Below are positions 8,957 through 18,004 of a DNA stretch of 64,000 bases, in pieces. A model generated the notes under the pieces. The model was not told where the DNA came from. It saw only the letters and a program-made list of their open reading frames with translations, and did no database searches. The number at the start of each line of letters is the position of its first letter. The first letter of the stretch is position 1. Source of the DNA: Candidatus Saccharimonadales bacterium. GTDB taxonomy: Bacteria > Patescibacteriota > Saccharimonadia > Saccharimonadales > SZUA-47. The stretch spans positions 33 through 64,032 of the forward strand of contig JBBQVE010000005.1 in assembly GCA_038211855.1 (NCBI GenBank), in the 5' to 3' direction. Position numbers and translations under genes: made by a program.

Positions 8957-9727
8957 TTATGATACCTTAAAGCGGGCGAGTAATGGTGCGTGGTCGGAAG
9001 GCGTGCTGTCTAATACTTTAAACTGAAGCAATTCCGTCGATGTTTCTTTGGTCCAAAAAATCTTGTCGAGGTTGCAGCGCATCCATTTTGACATGCCGCC
9101 ATTATGCGACCAGGTTGGATTTTTAAGTGTGCCACTACGGTGATGGAAGCGGTCTGCTTCACGGCTCGCAAAAGACATCGGCATCAGATTGAATTCGTTA
9201 AAATCACCCCCTAAAATTAATTGTTTGTAGCGGGGTTCGGCAACAACTTGGCGAAGGGCTCTTTGATTACGCCAGTGCTCGCGTAGGGCGACCGGCTTAA
9301 GTGCAAGTGGGTGCGCGACCATGACATTGAGAGATTTTTTAGCCGACAGATGTATGGTGGTGCCGATGGCCTTTACTGAGTGGCCGGGGTACCCGCGCCA
9401 ATTGGCGAATTTATCGTCCCCCATACTGATTTCTTGTGTGTTACTGACCGGCAATTTAGAAACAAATGCCGCACCGATGCCCCAAGTATCGTCAAGCGGG
9501 CTGGAGTAGGCAAAATGTTGGAAGGTGTAGCCACGGCTTTGAAGATGTCCGAGCACAAAGAGTCGCTTTTTGGTGTCTTGGAGTACCTCGTTGAGGCCAA
9601 TAAAATCCGGTGTATACGTGTCGATAATCTGGTCAAGTTTTTTGAGGAGTCGTTTAGCATGGGGACTTTCTTGGCCCTCGCGCTGGCTGTTGAGCCAGAT
9701 ATTCCAAAAAACAATCGTAAATTCCAT
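8957..9727 (-). CDS. endonuclease/exonuclease/phosphatase (EEP) family protein
   Basis: EEP motifs: N-terminal WNIW, LNEV, GGDFNEF, and C-terminal SDHAPLLARF. Confidence 0.8.
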   Translation of the reverse strand: MEFTIVFWNIWLNSQREGQESPHAKRLLKKLDQIIDTYTPDFIGLNEVLQDTKKRLFVLGHLQSRGYTFQHFAYSSPLDDTWGIGAAFVSKLPVSNTQEISMGDDKFANWRGYPGHSVKAIGTTIHLSAKKSLNVMVAHPLALKPVALREHWRNQRALRQVVAEPRYKQLILGGDFNEFNLMPMSFASREADRFHHRSGTLKNPTWSHNGGMSKWMRCNLDKIFWTKETSTELLQFKVLDSTPSDHAPLLARFKVS

Positions 9728-9748
9728 AAAGGGTATCTCAATTATCTG

Positions 9749-10411
9749 TTAAAAAGTGCGGGTTTGTTTGATTGGCAGAAAGCGGAAGGCAGCGGTGCCG
9801 ACGATGTCTTTGGTGTCGATTGGGCCGAATGTGCGGGAATCAAGTGAGTTGTCACGGTTGTCGCCGCAGACGAAGATCTGGCCTTTGCCGACGGTCCACT
9901 CGCCATCGATGCCGGTGTGTACAATCACGTTGCCGTAGGCGCCTTGTTTGTCGGGCTGAAAGCCTTCAGGGTGGGCATCGTTATACACGGTCAGAATGCT
10001 CTCTTTGACGACCACGCGCTCACCAGGCAAGGCAATGACGCGCTTGATGAGTTGCTTGCTGCCCTCGCTGTTATCAAGCAATAAATCGGCCTTCGTAAAG
10101 ATGACGATTTGGCCGCGCATTGGCATAAACGTCTTGTGCTCGATTTTGGCCCAGGTACGCGGTGCTTTGACGACAATCAGACGGTCACCGTTGTGTAAGG
10201 TGGTCTGCATGCTCGGACCGAACACTTCGTAGCTCTGAAACAAAAAACTCGTGATTAACAAGGCTACCAGCGGCGCAGCAATCAGGACGGCAATTGTAGC
10301 AACGATATTCTTAAAACCGTCGTTGTGTTTTGAAGCCTTTTTCTTGGGTGCCTCTGTTTCTGGCTCTGGAGCAGAAGAAACAGGGGTCATTTCGGTCACA
10401 TCTGGTTGCAT
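9749..10411 (-). CDS. lepB: signal peptidase I
   Basis: N-terminal TM helix, Ser box GPSMQTTL, and GDNRDNSLDSR box E. Confidence 0.92.
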   Translation of the reverse strand: MQPDVTEMTPVSSAPEPETEAPKKKASKHNDGFKNIVATIAVLIAAPLVALLITSFLFQSYEVFGPSMQTTLHNGDRLIVVKAPRTWAKIEHKTFMPMRGQIVIFTKADLLLDNSEGSKQLIKRVIALPGERVVVKESILTVYNDAHPEGFQPDKQGAYGNVIVHTGIDGEWTVGKGQIFVCGDNRDNSLDSRTFGPIDTKDIVGTAAFRFLPIKQTRTF

Positions 10412-10470
10412 ATACCTATAAGATTACAGGAAAAAAGTCGATTCGTACAGGGTTCCAAAAACGCATGTGT

Positions 10471-10498
10471 TTACGATTCGACGCAGAAAAGATATAAT
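10471..10498 (+). promoter_or_regulatory. putative sigma-70-type promoter for the LCP gene (TTACGA-16 nt-TATAAT)
   Basis: Hexamers at 10471-10476 and 10493-10498, with the ATG 13 nt after the -10. Confidence 0.45.
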
Positions 10499-10511
10499 AA
10501 ACATCTGATTC

Positions 10512-12125
10512 ATGGATAATTTTAGAACACCGAACCGATCCGCCAAACGATCGCACGCAGTTGACGGCTTTAGTTCCCCTAAGCCTCAAACTGCACCGGT
10601 ACGTCAGCAGTTCGCATCAAACTATCAGCCACAGAAGGCACCTTCTCTTGACAGTTTTCATCGGTCAGATGGGTTCTCGTCGTCTGCATTGCCATCGCCT
10701 GTAGACACCAAAGCGCCGCTCGATAACGAAGGTTTCAAGAGTAAACGCAAACAACGCGGCACCAAGCCAAGGCGATCCAAGTTCAAGAAAGTCATGCGTG
10801 GCGGTTTTGTTCTTTTAATGGTTGCTGCACTTTTATCCGGCGGTATCGCCGGCTACGGCTATCTCAAAGCCCGTCAAGTCTTCCAAGGAGGTGGTAATGC
10901 GGCTGCCCTCCAGAAAGATGTTGATCCCGTCAAGCTCAAAGGCGAAGGTGATGGCCGCATCAATATCGTCATGCTCGGTATCGGTGGCAAAGGCCACGAC
11001 GGCCCTTATTTAACAGATACGATTCTCATTGCTAGTATCGATCCAGTTCAGAACGAATCCTCGCTCCTCAGTATTCCGCGTGATCTTTGGGTGCGACCAG
11101 ATGGCAACAGTGCTTACAAGATTAATGCAGTCTTTGCTTTTGCCCATGACGCCGCTTTGGCGAAGGGATCGAGCGAGAATGATGCCGTTAAAGCGGGCGC
11201 GAGCGCCAGTGAGCGGATCCTGACGAGCGTGCTCGGTATCCCGATTCATTACTACGTCGTCGTTGATTTCAGTGGCTTTGAGCAAGCAGTCAACACAATC
11301 GGTGGTCTCGACATCAATGTGACGGCCGACACAGCGGTCGCCGAGACACTGTATGACGAATCAACCCATAAGACTTTTGTGCTGAATGAGCAGCCTGGTA
11401 TTCATCATATGGATGGACAGACAACATTGTTTTACTCACGCTCACGCCATACCAGTGCCCGGGGCGACTTTGCTCGCGCCGACCGACAACGTCAAGTGCT
11501 TGAAGCGTTCAAAGAAAAAGTAGAGGGGGCGGGTACCTACGCAAATCCGGTGAAAGTCACGCAGTTACTGAGCTCGTTCGGTGATCATGTTCGCACCGAC
11601 CTGACGATTAACGAAGTCAGCCGACTCTATGATATTGGTAAGGTGATTACGCCAGACAAAACAGCATCGATCAGTCTTGCCGACATAAAAGACCCACTCG
11701 TTACCACCGGGTCACAAGATGGCCAATCAATTGTTATGCCACGTGCTGGTTTGTATGATTACACCGATATCCAGAGTTTTGTGCGTAACTCACTTCGTGA
11801 TTCATTCCTAAAGAACGAAAACGCCTCGATTGCCATCTTAAATGGCACCAGTATATCTGGTCTTGCCGGCAAAGAATCTGCCTATCTAAAGGGCTACGGC
11901 TATAACGTGGGTACCGTCGGTGATGCGCCGACCAAGACCTACACCAAGTCGGTGCTGGTAGATATGCGCAGCGGTGCCAAGAAGTATACGCTCAGCTATA
12001 TCCAGAAACGTCTCGGCATTACGGCAGTGACCGCTTTGCCCGATCCGGCCATCAAAGCTGGCGCTGCCGACTTCGTCCTGATTCTTGGCACAGAAGCCAA
12101 AACTGCGGACACGACGACCCCCTAG
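10512..12125 (+). CDS. LytR-CpsA-Psr (LCP) family cell-envelope glycopolymer transferase
   Basis: N-terminal TM helix. LCP core INIVMLGIGGKGH...TDTILIASIDP...SIPRDLWV...INAVFA. C-terminal LytR_C-like domain. Confidence 0.85.
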   Translation: MDNFRTPNRSAKRSHAVDGFSSPKPQTAPVRQQFASNYQPQKAPSLDSFHRSDGFSSSALPSPVDTKAPLDNEGFKSKRKQRGTKPRRSKFKKVMRGGFVLLMVAALLSGGIAGYGYLKARQVFQGGGNAAALQKDVDPVKLKGEGDGRINIVMLGIGGKGHDGPYLTDTILIASIDPVQNESSLLSIPRDLWVRPDGNSAYKINAVFAFAHDAALAKGSSENDAVKAGASASERILTSVLGIPIHYYVVVDFSGFEQAVNTIGGLDINVTADTAVAETLYDESTHKTFVLNEQPGIHHMDGQTTLFYSRSRHTSARGDFARADRQRQVLEAFKEKVEGAGTYANPVKVTQLLSSFGDHVRTDLTINEVSRLYDIGKVITPDKTASISLADIKDPLVTTGSQDGQSIVMPRAGLYDYTDIQSFVRNSLRDSFLKNENASIAILNGTSISGLAGKESAYLKGYGYNVGTVGDAPTKTYTKSVLVDMRSGAKKYTLSYIQKRLGITAVTALPDPAIKAGAADFVLILGTEAKTADTTTP

Positions 12126-12140
12126 AGGTATGATAGGTAT

Positions 12141-12998
12141 ATGAAACTAAAGATGAAATTTCCGACCCGGCGAAAGCAGCGGCCGCTCAAGCCGACGCTC
12201 GACTTCGCTATGGAATCTGCTGGTGAACTCGGTGCCAAGCGTAAATTCCTTGGGAATAAGCTTGCCAAGATCAAGCCCAAGAGCGGCTATTCGCATATTT
12301 TCCATATTGTTCTGACCATTTCACTGCCGATTATTCTTTATATATTAGTCCGAATCGATTTTGCCCAGTTGGCAGTGGCGATTGTTCTGCTGGCCAAGTG
12401 GCGCATGTTCGCTGTCAAGGCTCGCCACTGGCCCGCTAATGTTCGAGCCAATGCGGTGGATATCATCGTCGGCATTAGTACCGTTTTGTTTATGGATAAA
12501 ACGTCGAGTGTTGGTATGCAAATCGCCTGGGCGGTGCTCTACATCGGCTGGCTATTGTTTATTAAGCCGAAGTCAACACCGCTTTGGGTGGGCATCCAGG
12601 CGATGATTGGGCAGGCATTTGGGCTTATGGCGCTATATGCCGTGTATGGGGTGGCTACGTCAGCACTACTCGTGTTGGCGACGGCACTGATTTGTTATGT
12701 GTCAGCCCGGCACTTCTTTTCAGCTTTTGACGAGCATCTTGGTCGCACTATCTCGCTTATTTGGGCCTATTTTGGCGCATCGTTGGCTTGGCTACTGAGC
12801 CATTGGCTGATTTACTACGGTAGTGTCGCCCAGCCGGTGTTAATCCTGACAATTGTCGGCTATACGATGGCAGCGCTCTACTATCTTCGGCATACTGATC
12901 GGCTGACACCCAATATTCAACGCCAGTTTCTGTTTGTACTCACCGCAATCCTCGTCATATTAATTGTTTTTTCAAAATGGAACGACAAAACTATCTAG
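12141..12998 (+). CDS. polytopic membrane protein, unknown function
   Basis: 285-aa ORF with a basic N-terminus followed by about 6-7 hydrophobic helices. No recognisable catalytic motif. Confidence 0.6.
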   Translation: MKLKMKFPTRRKQRPLKPTLDFAMESAGELGAKRKFLGNKLAKIKPKSGYSHIFHIVLTISLPIILYILVRIDFAQLAVAIVLLAKWRMFAVKARHWPANVRANAVDIIVGISTVLFMDKTSSVGMQIAWAVLYIGWLLFIKPKSTPLWVGIQAMIGQAFGLMALYAVYGVATSALLVLATALICYVSARHFFSAFDEHLGRTISLIWAYFGASLAWLLSHWLIYYGSVAQPVLILTIVGYTMAALYYLRHTDRLTPNIQRQFLFVLTAILVILIVFSKWNDKTI

Positions 12999-13075
12999 TC
13001 TCAGCAAATTCTTAAGTTCGGTCGGTTATAATAGATACAAGAAAATTAAACAATACATTCTTTCAGAGGGGACCT

Positions 13076-14227
13076 ATGACAGACAAGAAAAGCAAACTCT
13101 ACACCAGCATTTTTATGATACTCGTGGCAGTTGCAGCCGGATTTGCCGGCGGCTATTACTCACCAAGCCGGGGCAATGCCAGTGGCAATACTGAGGTACA
13201 GAAACAGGTAATTAGCAGTGAGGGCGATATCGTACGCGGCATTGCCAAAAACGTTGGAGCTGCGGTGGTGTCCGTCAATGTGACAGCACAAACAACGACG
13301 CAAGATTTCTTTGGCCAAACCCAGACCGGCCAACAGCAAGGTGCCGGTACGGGCATTATTATAAATACTGACGGCACGATTATTACCAACCGGCACGTGG
13401 TTCCCGCCGGTACAACGAAGGTCACGGTAACCCTGTCTGATGGCACTACTCTCGAGAACGTTGATGTCATCGGCCGTACTGCAGACAATGACGCGCTCGA
13501 TGTTGCTTTCCTTAAGATAAAAGACGCCAAAGGCGAAAAACTAACGGCCGCCAAACTCGGTGACAGTAGCAAAGTCCAAGTTGGCGATAAAGTGGTCGCC
13601 ATCGGCAATGCTCTTGGTCAGTTCCAAAACACTGTCACCAGCGGCATAATCTCAGGATACGGTCGCAGTATTCAGGCCGGTGATCAATCTGGTTCGACCA
13701 GCGAAACGTTGCAAAATCTCTTTCAGACCGACGCTGCCATAAATGAAGGTAACTCTGGTGGTCCACTTGTGAACTTATCCGGAGAAGTGATCGGTATCAA
13801 CACCGCGATTGCCGCTGGTAACAATGCTCAAAACGTTGGTTTTGCATTGCCAATCAATGACTTACAGGGGCTCGTCAACAGCGTGCTCAAAACGGGCAAA
13901 CTGCAGCGCCCATACCTTGGTGTCCGCTATGTAGCCATCACCGATGACGTCGCTTACGAATATAATCTATCGGTCAAGCGCGGTGCCTACATCTTTGCGC
14001 CAAACCGCAAAGAAACTTCCATTGTTACCGACAGCCCGGCCGACAAAGCTGGTGTGCACGATAAAGACATCATCACTCAGATCGACGACACGAAACTCGA
14101 CGAAAAAAACAGCCTCATCTCTGTACTTGGCCGTAAGACGGTTGGCGATAAAGCAGTGCTTCACGTGTTGCGCGACGGCAAAGAACTGACATTGACCGCT
14201 ACTTTGACCGCCGCTCCTGGACAGTAA
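13076..14227 (+). CDS. htrA: HtrA/DegP-family serine protease (S1C) with PDZ domain
   Basis: TM anchor, GTGIIINTDGTIITNRHVV (His), GNSGGPLVN (Ser), C-terminal PDZ-like region. SD AGAGGGGA lies before the ATG. Confidence 0.92.
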   Translation: MTDKKSKLYTSIFMILVAVAAGFAGGYYSPSRGNASGNTEVQKQVISSEGDIVRGIAKNVGAAVVSVNVTAQTTTQDFFGQTQTGQQQGAGTGIIINTDGTIITNRHVVPAGTTKVTVTLSDGTTLENVDVIGRTADNDALDVAFLKIKDAKGEKLTAAKLGDSSKVQVGDKVVAIGNALGQFQNTVTSGIISGYGRSIQAGDQSGSTSETLQNLFQTDAAINEGNSGGPLVNLSGEVIGINTAIAAGNNAQNVGFALPINDLQGLVNSVLKTGKLQRPYLGVRYVAITDDVAYEYNLSVKRGAYIFAPNRKETSIVTDSPADKAGVHDKDIITQIDDTKLDEKNSLISVLGRKTVGDKAVLHVLRDGKELTLTATLTAAPGQ

Positions 14228-15040
14228 TTAGCTGACGTTGCTTTTTGTGAAGAGTTGGATCAGACCTTCGGTTTTTGTAAGGCTATAACCGGCTTTTTTG
14301 GCAAGCGCCGTGACGGCTTTGTGCTGACTCATCAGCGATTCTGTCATCACAAAGCGGATGTGCTTGGGCGCAAGCTGCTGAAAGAAGAGGCGATAGTGGT
14401 CGAGGCCATCAAACCCGCTAAAAAGTGCTTCAACCGGTTCGTGGGCGATGCTGGGGTCCGGCTCGGGGCCAGTTGGCACATAGGGTAGATTCGCTAGAAC
14501 GACGTCGTAGCCTTCTTTATCGCCTTGCAGTACATTCTGATTTTTGAACGTCACGGCGGCCTTGTGTCGCAATGAGTTTTGGGCGGCAATTTTCAATGCA
14601 TCTTCGCTTGTGTCGGATGCAAAGACATACATGTCCGGAAACTCCAATTTAACAGTAATGGCTAGGTTACCCGATCCGGTGCCCATATCTAACAAATTAT
14701 GGACGCGTTCGGTTTTTCGTAACACTTTTAGAAGTTCCAAAAAATCCTCGCTTTCAGGGCGGGGAATTAGCACATATTTATTAACGATAAAATCACGACC
14801 GTAAAATTCTTTTTGTCCGGCAATATAGGCCATCGGCTCGCCAGACAATCGTCTATTTAACAGATTTTTTAGCTTGCCTTGGCGCATGACCGAAAGCTTG
14901 TCGCGCGTTTTTGTGAGCAATATGGCCTTATCATAGCCAGTCGCCCAAGAAAGTAACAATAGGGCGTCGAGGCGCGGTGTTTTACTGCCGATTTTCTCGA
15001 TGGCCTCAGTCGCTTCCAAAATCCATTCACCATATGTCAT
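14228..15040 (-). CDS. prmC: release-factor glutamine N5-methyltransferase PrmC/HemK
   Basis: SAM motif LDMGTGSGNLAI and NLPYV (an NPPY variant). The start at 15040 is preceded by AAGGGGA; the ORF track start at 15061 is less likely. Confidence 0.88.
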   Translation of the reverse strand: MTYGEWILEATEAIEKIGSKTPRLDALLLLSWATGYDKAILLTKTRDKLSVMRQGKLKNLLNRRLSGEPMAYIAGQKEFYGRDFIVNKYVLIPRPESEDFLELLKVLRKTERVHNLLDMGTGSGNLAITVKLEFPDMYVFASDTSEDALKIAAQNSLRHKAAVTFKNQNVLQGDKEGYDVVLANLPYVPTGPEPDPSIAHEPVEALFSGFDGLDHYRLFFQQLAPKHIRFVMTESLMSQHKAVTALAKKAGYSLTKTEGLIQLFTKSNVS

Positions 15041-15085
15041 TCCCCTTAGTGTAACAAACAAAGAACTTTACGTAGAAAAATAAAA

Positions 15086-15114
15086 TTGACAAATAACAAA
15101 GCTTATGTTAATAA
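15086..15114 (+). promoter_or_regulatory. consensus promoter cassette A (TTGACA-17 nt-TGT-TAATAA)
   Basis: TTGACA at 15086-15091 and the -10 at 15109-15114 with an upstream TGn. 25/30 nt are identical to the cassette at 52610-52639. Confidence 0.7.
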
Positions 15115-15140
15115 TATATATGTACTTAATAAAAACAAAC

Positions 15141-16484
15141 ATGCCAGAAACACTTGCACCACCACCTGTCGAAGTTGTTGCCTTACCACCTATGGTAGAG
15201 GCTTTTTCCGTTGTACCCCCAAGCAAAGAGCTAGAAACGCGTATCGAAACGCGAGGACTAGATCGGATTCTCACGGATGGCGGCACGATAGCAGGCTTAG
15301 CAGGTATCGAAATCGAGCCCGTGCTGGATGATGTAAAAACTCCGGCATTATTTCCATCGTCTCAGAGCCTGAAAAGCTTACTGGAAGACCCAGATTCACA
15401 TCTGGCACCAAGCCAGTTTATCGTTATAGAGGGAAGTAGTCATGAGCCGGCTGACGGTGTTATTAACACCAGCACGCCCACGAATGAGCTAACGCAAGAC
15501 GAATTAAAACAAAAATATATTACTGATACTTTGGGTGCAAACAAGGTATGGTGGGAACATCGCCGTTTTGGTGCCGCCGACCAACCGCTGAGTCGAGCCA
15601 AAACGGTGCAAGTTGAAGGCAATGCCCAAGAAGGTGCAGGCGCGCTAGACATCCTTGAATTCTTGCCTGAGGCCGAGCAGTTATCGCCATCTGAAATGTC
15701 CGCAGTCGTGAAAACGATTGAATTTATCGATCAAATGAGTGGTGGCGGCGTCTTTGTTGATCCTTCATCAAGACGACTGATATTTGGATCTGACAGCCAA
15801 CTGAAAACAGATACTTCTGATGTGTATGGCGCGGCTGGCAGCTCGGGCGTCGAAATCAATATGAATAAGATTCGCACAGAAGCCGCTAAATTTGGCGATG
15901 TCCCAGAGCATATCTTGGCGCAGGTATTAGTGCACGAGATTCTTGGTCATCAGATGGAACAATTTGTTGAAAATGGCCAAACTGGCAAACAGTTTGAACG
16001 TGCTTTTGACTACTCCACAGAAAAAGTAGATAGCATCGTGCACAAAGATCTACATGCCAATATTACACCAAAAGCCAGTGATGCGCCGGCCACAGCACCA
16101 GGCAATGTATACGGATCGAAGGACGCTGCCGAAGATTTGGCGGTTACTGCTGAAGGTACCACGCAGGTCATGACCGGCACCAGCGAAATGAATAATCCAA
16201 ACTTACAGGTGAATCGCGACACCTACCGTGAGGAGCTTCTCCTGAAATTCTTGAATGAAGTCGCCGCCAAAGCGCAGAGTGACGCTTTAGACGGACAAGG
16301 TGTTGGGACGCCACTAAAATATGAAGTTGATAAAAATGGTAAAGCTGTCGGTGTCGAATCTGCCCGTCCGGTCACGACTACAGAAATCGTTCCAATTGCT
16401 TACATGAAAAAGGAAGTCACTAAATTGCTCGAAAAAGGTAATAAAGAAACGTTCGTCTATAAAAAGAAAAGTTCGAGGGGTTAA
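15141..16484 (+). CDS. orphan acidic protein with HExxH zincin-like motif
   Basis: 447-aa ORF from ATG 15141 (ORF track 15105). No signal peptide or TM helix. VLVHEILGHQME contains HExxH. Pro/Ala/Glu-rich N-terminus. Confidence 0.6.
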   Translation: MPETLAPPPVEVVALPPMVEAFSVVPPSKELETRIETRGLDRILTDGGTIAGLAGIEIEPVLDDVKTPALFPSSQSLKSLLEDPDSHLAPSQFIVIEGSSHEPADGVINTSTPTNELTQDELKQKYITDTLGANKVWWEHRRFGAADQPLSRAKTVQVEGNAQEGAGALDILEFLPEAEQLSPSEMSAVVKTIEFIDQMSGGGVFVDPSSRRLIFGSDSQLKTDTSDVYGAAGSSGVEINMNKIRTEAAKFGDVPEHILAQVLVHEILGHQMEQFVENGQTGKQFERAFDYSTEKVDSIVHKDLHANITPKASDAPATAPGNVYGSKDAAEDLAVTAEGTTQVMTGTSEMNNPNLQVNRDTYREELLLKFLNEVAAKAQSDALDGQGVGTPLKYEVDKNGKAVGVESARPVTTTEIVPIAYMKKEVTKLLEKGNKETFVYKKKSSRG

Positions 16485-16490
16485 ATAAAA

Positions 16491-17540
16491 CTATTCACCA
16501 GCGGCGAGAATTTCGTGCTCGGCTTTTTGCAATTCTTCGATGAGGTCGTCAATCTGACCGGCCATGGCACCTGGAATATTGCTCCGCGAATAGCCAATGC
16601 GGTGATCGGTAATGCGGTCCTGTGGGAAGTTATAGGTACGGATTTTTTCGCTGCGGTCGCCCGAGCCAATCAGTTTCTGTCGTTGAGCACTCATTTTGGC
16701 TTGTTCTGATTCGATTTGGGCCTGCAACAGCCGGGAACGCAGTACACCCATGGCTTTGGCTTTGTTCTTGGTCTGTGATTTTTCATCCTGCTGCGTCACA
16801 ACCACTCCTGTTGGAATGTGCGTGATACGTACGGCGCTATCGGTGGTGTTGACTGACTGGCCGCCATGGCCACTGGCGTGATATACGTCAATGCGTAGGT
16901 CGGATGAGTTGATTTCGATGTCGGCTTCTTCGGCTTCGGGCAGCACCGCCACAGTAATCGTGCTGGTATGAATGCGGCCTTGGCTTTCGGTTGCAGGCAC
17001 GCGCTGGACGCGGTGGACGCCGGCTTCAAGGTGGAAGGTCTTGTAGGCATCAATGCCACGGACTTCAAAGACGATTTCTTTGAAGCCGCCGACTTCGCTG
17101 GGGCTTTCGCTGATCAGTTCAACTTTGAAGGAGTTCGTTTCAGCGTATTTGACGTAGGCCTTGTAAAGTTCGGCCACAAACAAGCTGGCCTCGTCGCCAC
17201 CAGCACCTGCCCGCATTTCGATGATACAGTTCTTGGCATCGTTGGGGTCCTTCGGCATCAGTGCATCCTGCAAGGCCTGCTGAGTAGTTTCAAGGGCGGC
17301 GCGGACTTCTTCAAGCTCCATCGCAGCAAGTTCGGCTAATTCGCCGCCGGCATTGACGAGCTCAATGGCTTCGGCTTCTTGCTTTTTGTATTTAGCGAGA
17401 TCATCAAAATGCTTGACGATATCTGTTAACTCGCTGGCGCGTTTGGCGGTCTGCGGGTAGTCTTTGCGGCTATAGACATCAGGATCCTGCAGTTTTACCT
17501 GCAGTTCGGCCAGTTCTTTTCTGTAGGTATCTGGATTCAT
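16491..17540 (-). CDS. prfA: peptide chain release factor 1
   Basis: PAT tripeptide (RVPATESQGRIHTS) and GGQ motif (SGHGGQSVNTTDSAVRITHIPTG). Confidence 0.97.
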   Translation of the reverse strand: MNPDTYRKELAELQVKLQDPDVYSRKDYPQTAKRASELTDIVKHFDDLAKYKKQEAEAIELVNAGGELAELAAMELEEVRAALETTQQALQDALMPKDPNDAKNCIIEMRAGAGGDEASLFVAELYKAYVKYAETNSFKVELISESPSEVGGFKEIVFEVRGIDAYKTFHLEAGVHRVQRVPATESQGRIHTSTITVAVLPEAEEADIEINSSDLRIDVYHASGHGGQSVNTTDSAVRITHIPTGVVVTQQDEKSQTKNKAKAMGVLRSRLLQAQIESEQAKMSAQRQKLIGSGDRSEKIRTYNFPQDRITDHRIGYSRSNIPGAMAGQIDDLIEELQKAEHEILAAGE

Positions 17541-17578
17541 AGTGGTATCCCTTTACTGATAGTGTAGCGCAAAAACAA

Positions 17579-17605
17579 AAACCGCCCGAAAAATCAGAGC
17601 GGTTT
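17579..17605 (-). terminator. possible intrinsic terminator after rpmE
   Basis: 7-bp stem (AAACCGC / GCGGTTT) with a 13-nt loop, followed on the minus strand by UUUUGUUUUUG. The large loop makes it weak. Confidence 0.4.
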
Positions 17606-17619
17606 ATGAGGCGGAGTAG

Positions 17620-17961
17620 CTAGTTCTGTTTGAGGTTGCCGATTTTGGCAGGGGCTTCTTTTTCGGTGCGTTCTGCTTTTGCGGGAGCTTTAACGTGCGC
17701 GGCTTTGGCAGCGGCAGCAGCCTTGCGGCGCTTTTCGAACTTATCAACGCGACCTTCAATGTCGACCAGTTTTTCTTGGCCGGTAAAGAACGGGTGGCTG
17801 GTGCTAGAAATGTGCACTTTTACGAGCGGATACTCGTTGCCGTCAGTCCATTTGGTGGTGTCTTCACTCATAACCGTTGAACGGGTGAGGAATTTTTCGT
17901 TGTTGTTGAGATCTTCAAAGACCACAAAACGATAGTTGTCGGGGTGAATAGCTGTTTTCAT
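17620..17961 (-). CDS. rpmE: 50S ribosomal protein L31, type B, with Lys/Ala-rich C-terminal extension
   Basis: [10 protein letters not shown]...[16 protein letters not shown]. No CxxC zinc motif. The 35-aa tail is [22 protein letters not shown]. Confidence 0.92.
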   Translation of the reverse strand: MKTAIHPDNYRFVVFEDLNNNEKFLTRSTVMSEDTTKWTDGNEYPLVKVHISSTSHPFFTGQEKLVDIEGRVDKFEKRRKAAAAAKAAHVKAPAKAERTEKEAPAKIGNLKQN

Positions 17962-18004
17962 AATTCCGTTTATATTACCACATCTGTTAGCCGGTGGTCA
18001 ACTC

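Noticed and set aside
9380-9847. 155-aa plus-strand ORF overlapping the EEP-family gene and the 3' end of lepB.
   Set aside because: It lies opposite two well-supported minus-strand genes, and it has no family resemblance and no start signals.
17962-18004. Possible operon link or regulatory element between the DUF1996-like gene and rpmE.
   Set aside because: The 43-bp spacer contains only a TGG-TAATAT extended -10-like element 10 nt before the rpmE ATG, which is consistent with the general promoter pattern. Nothing further can be supported.
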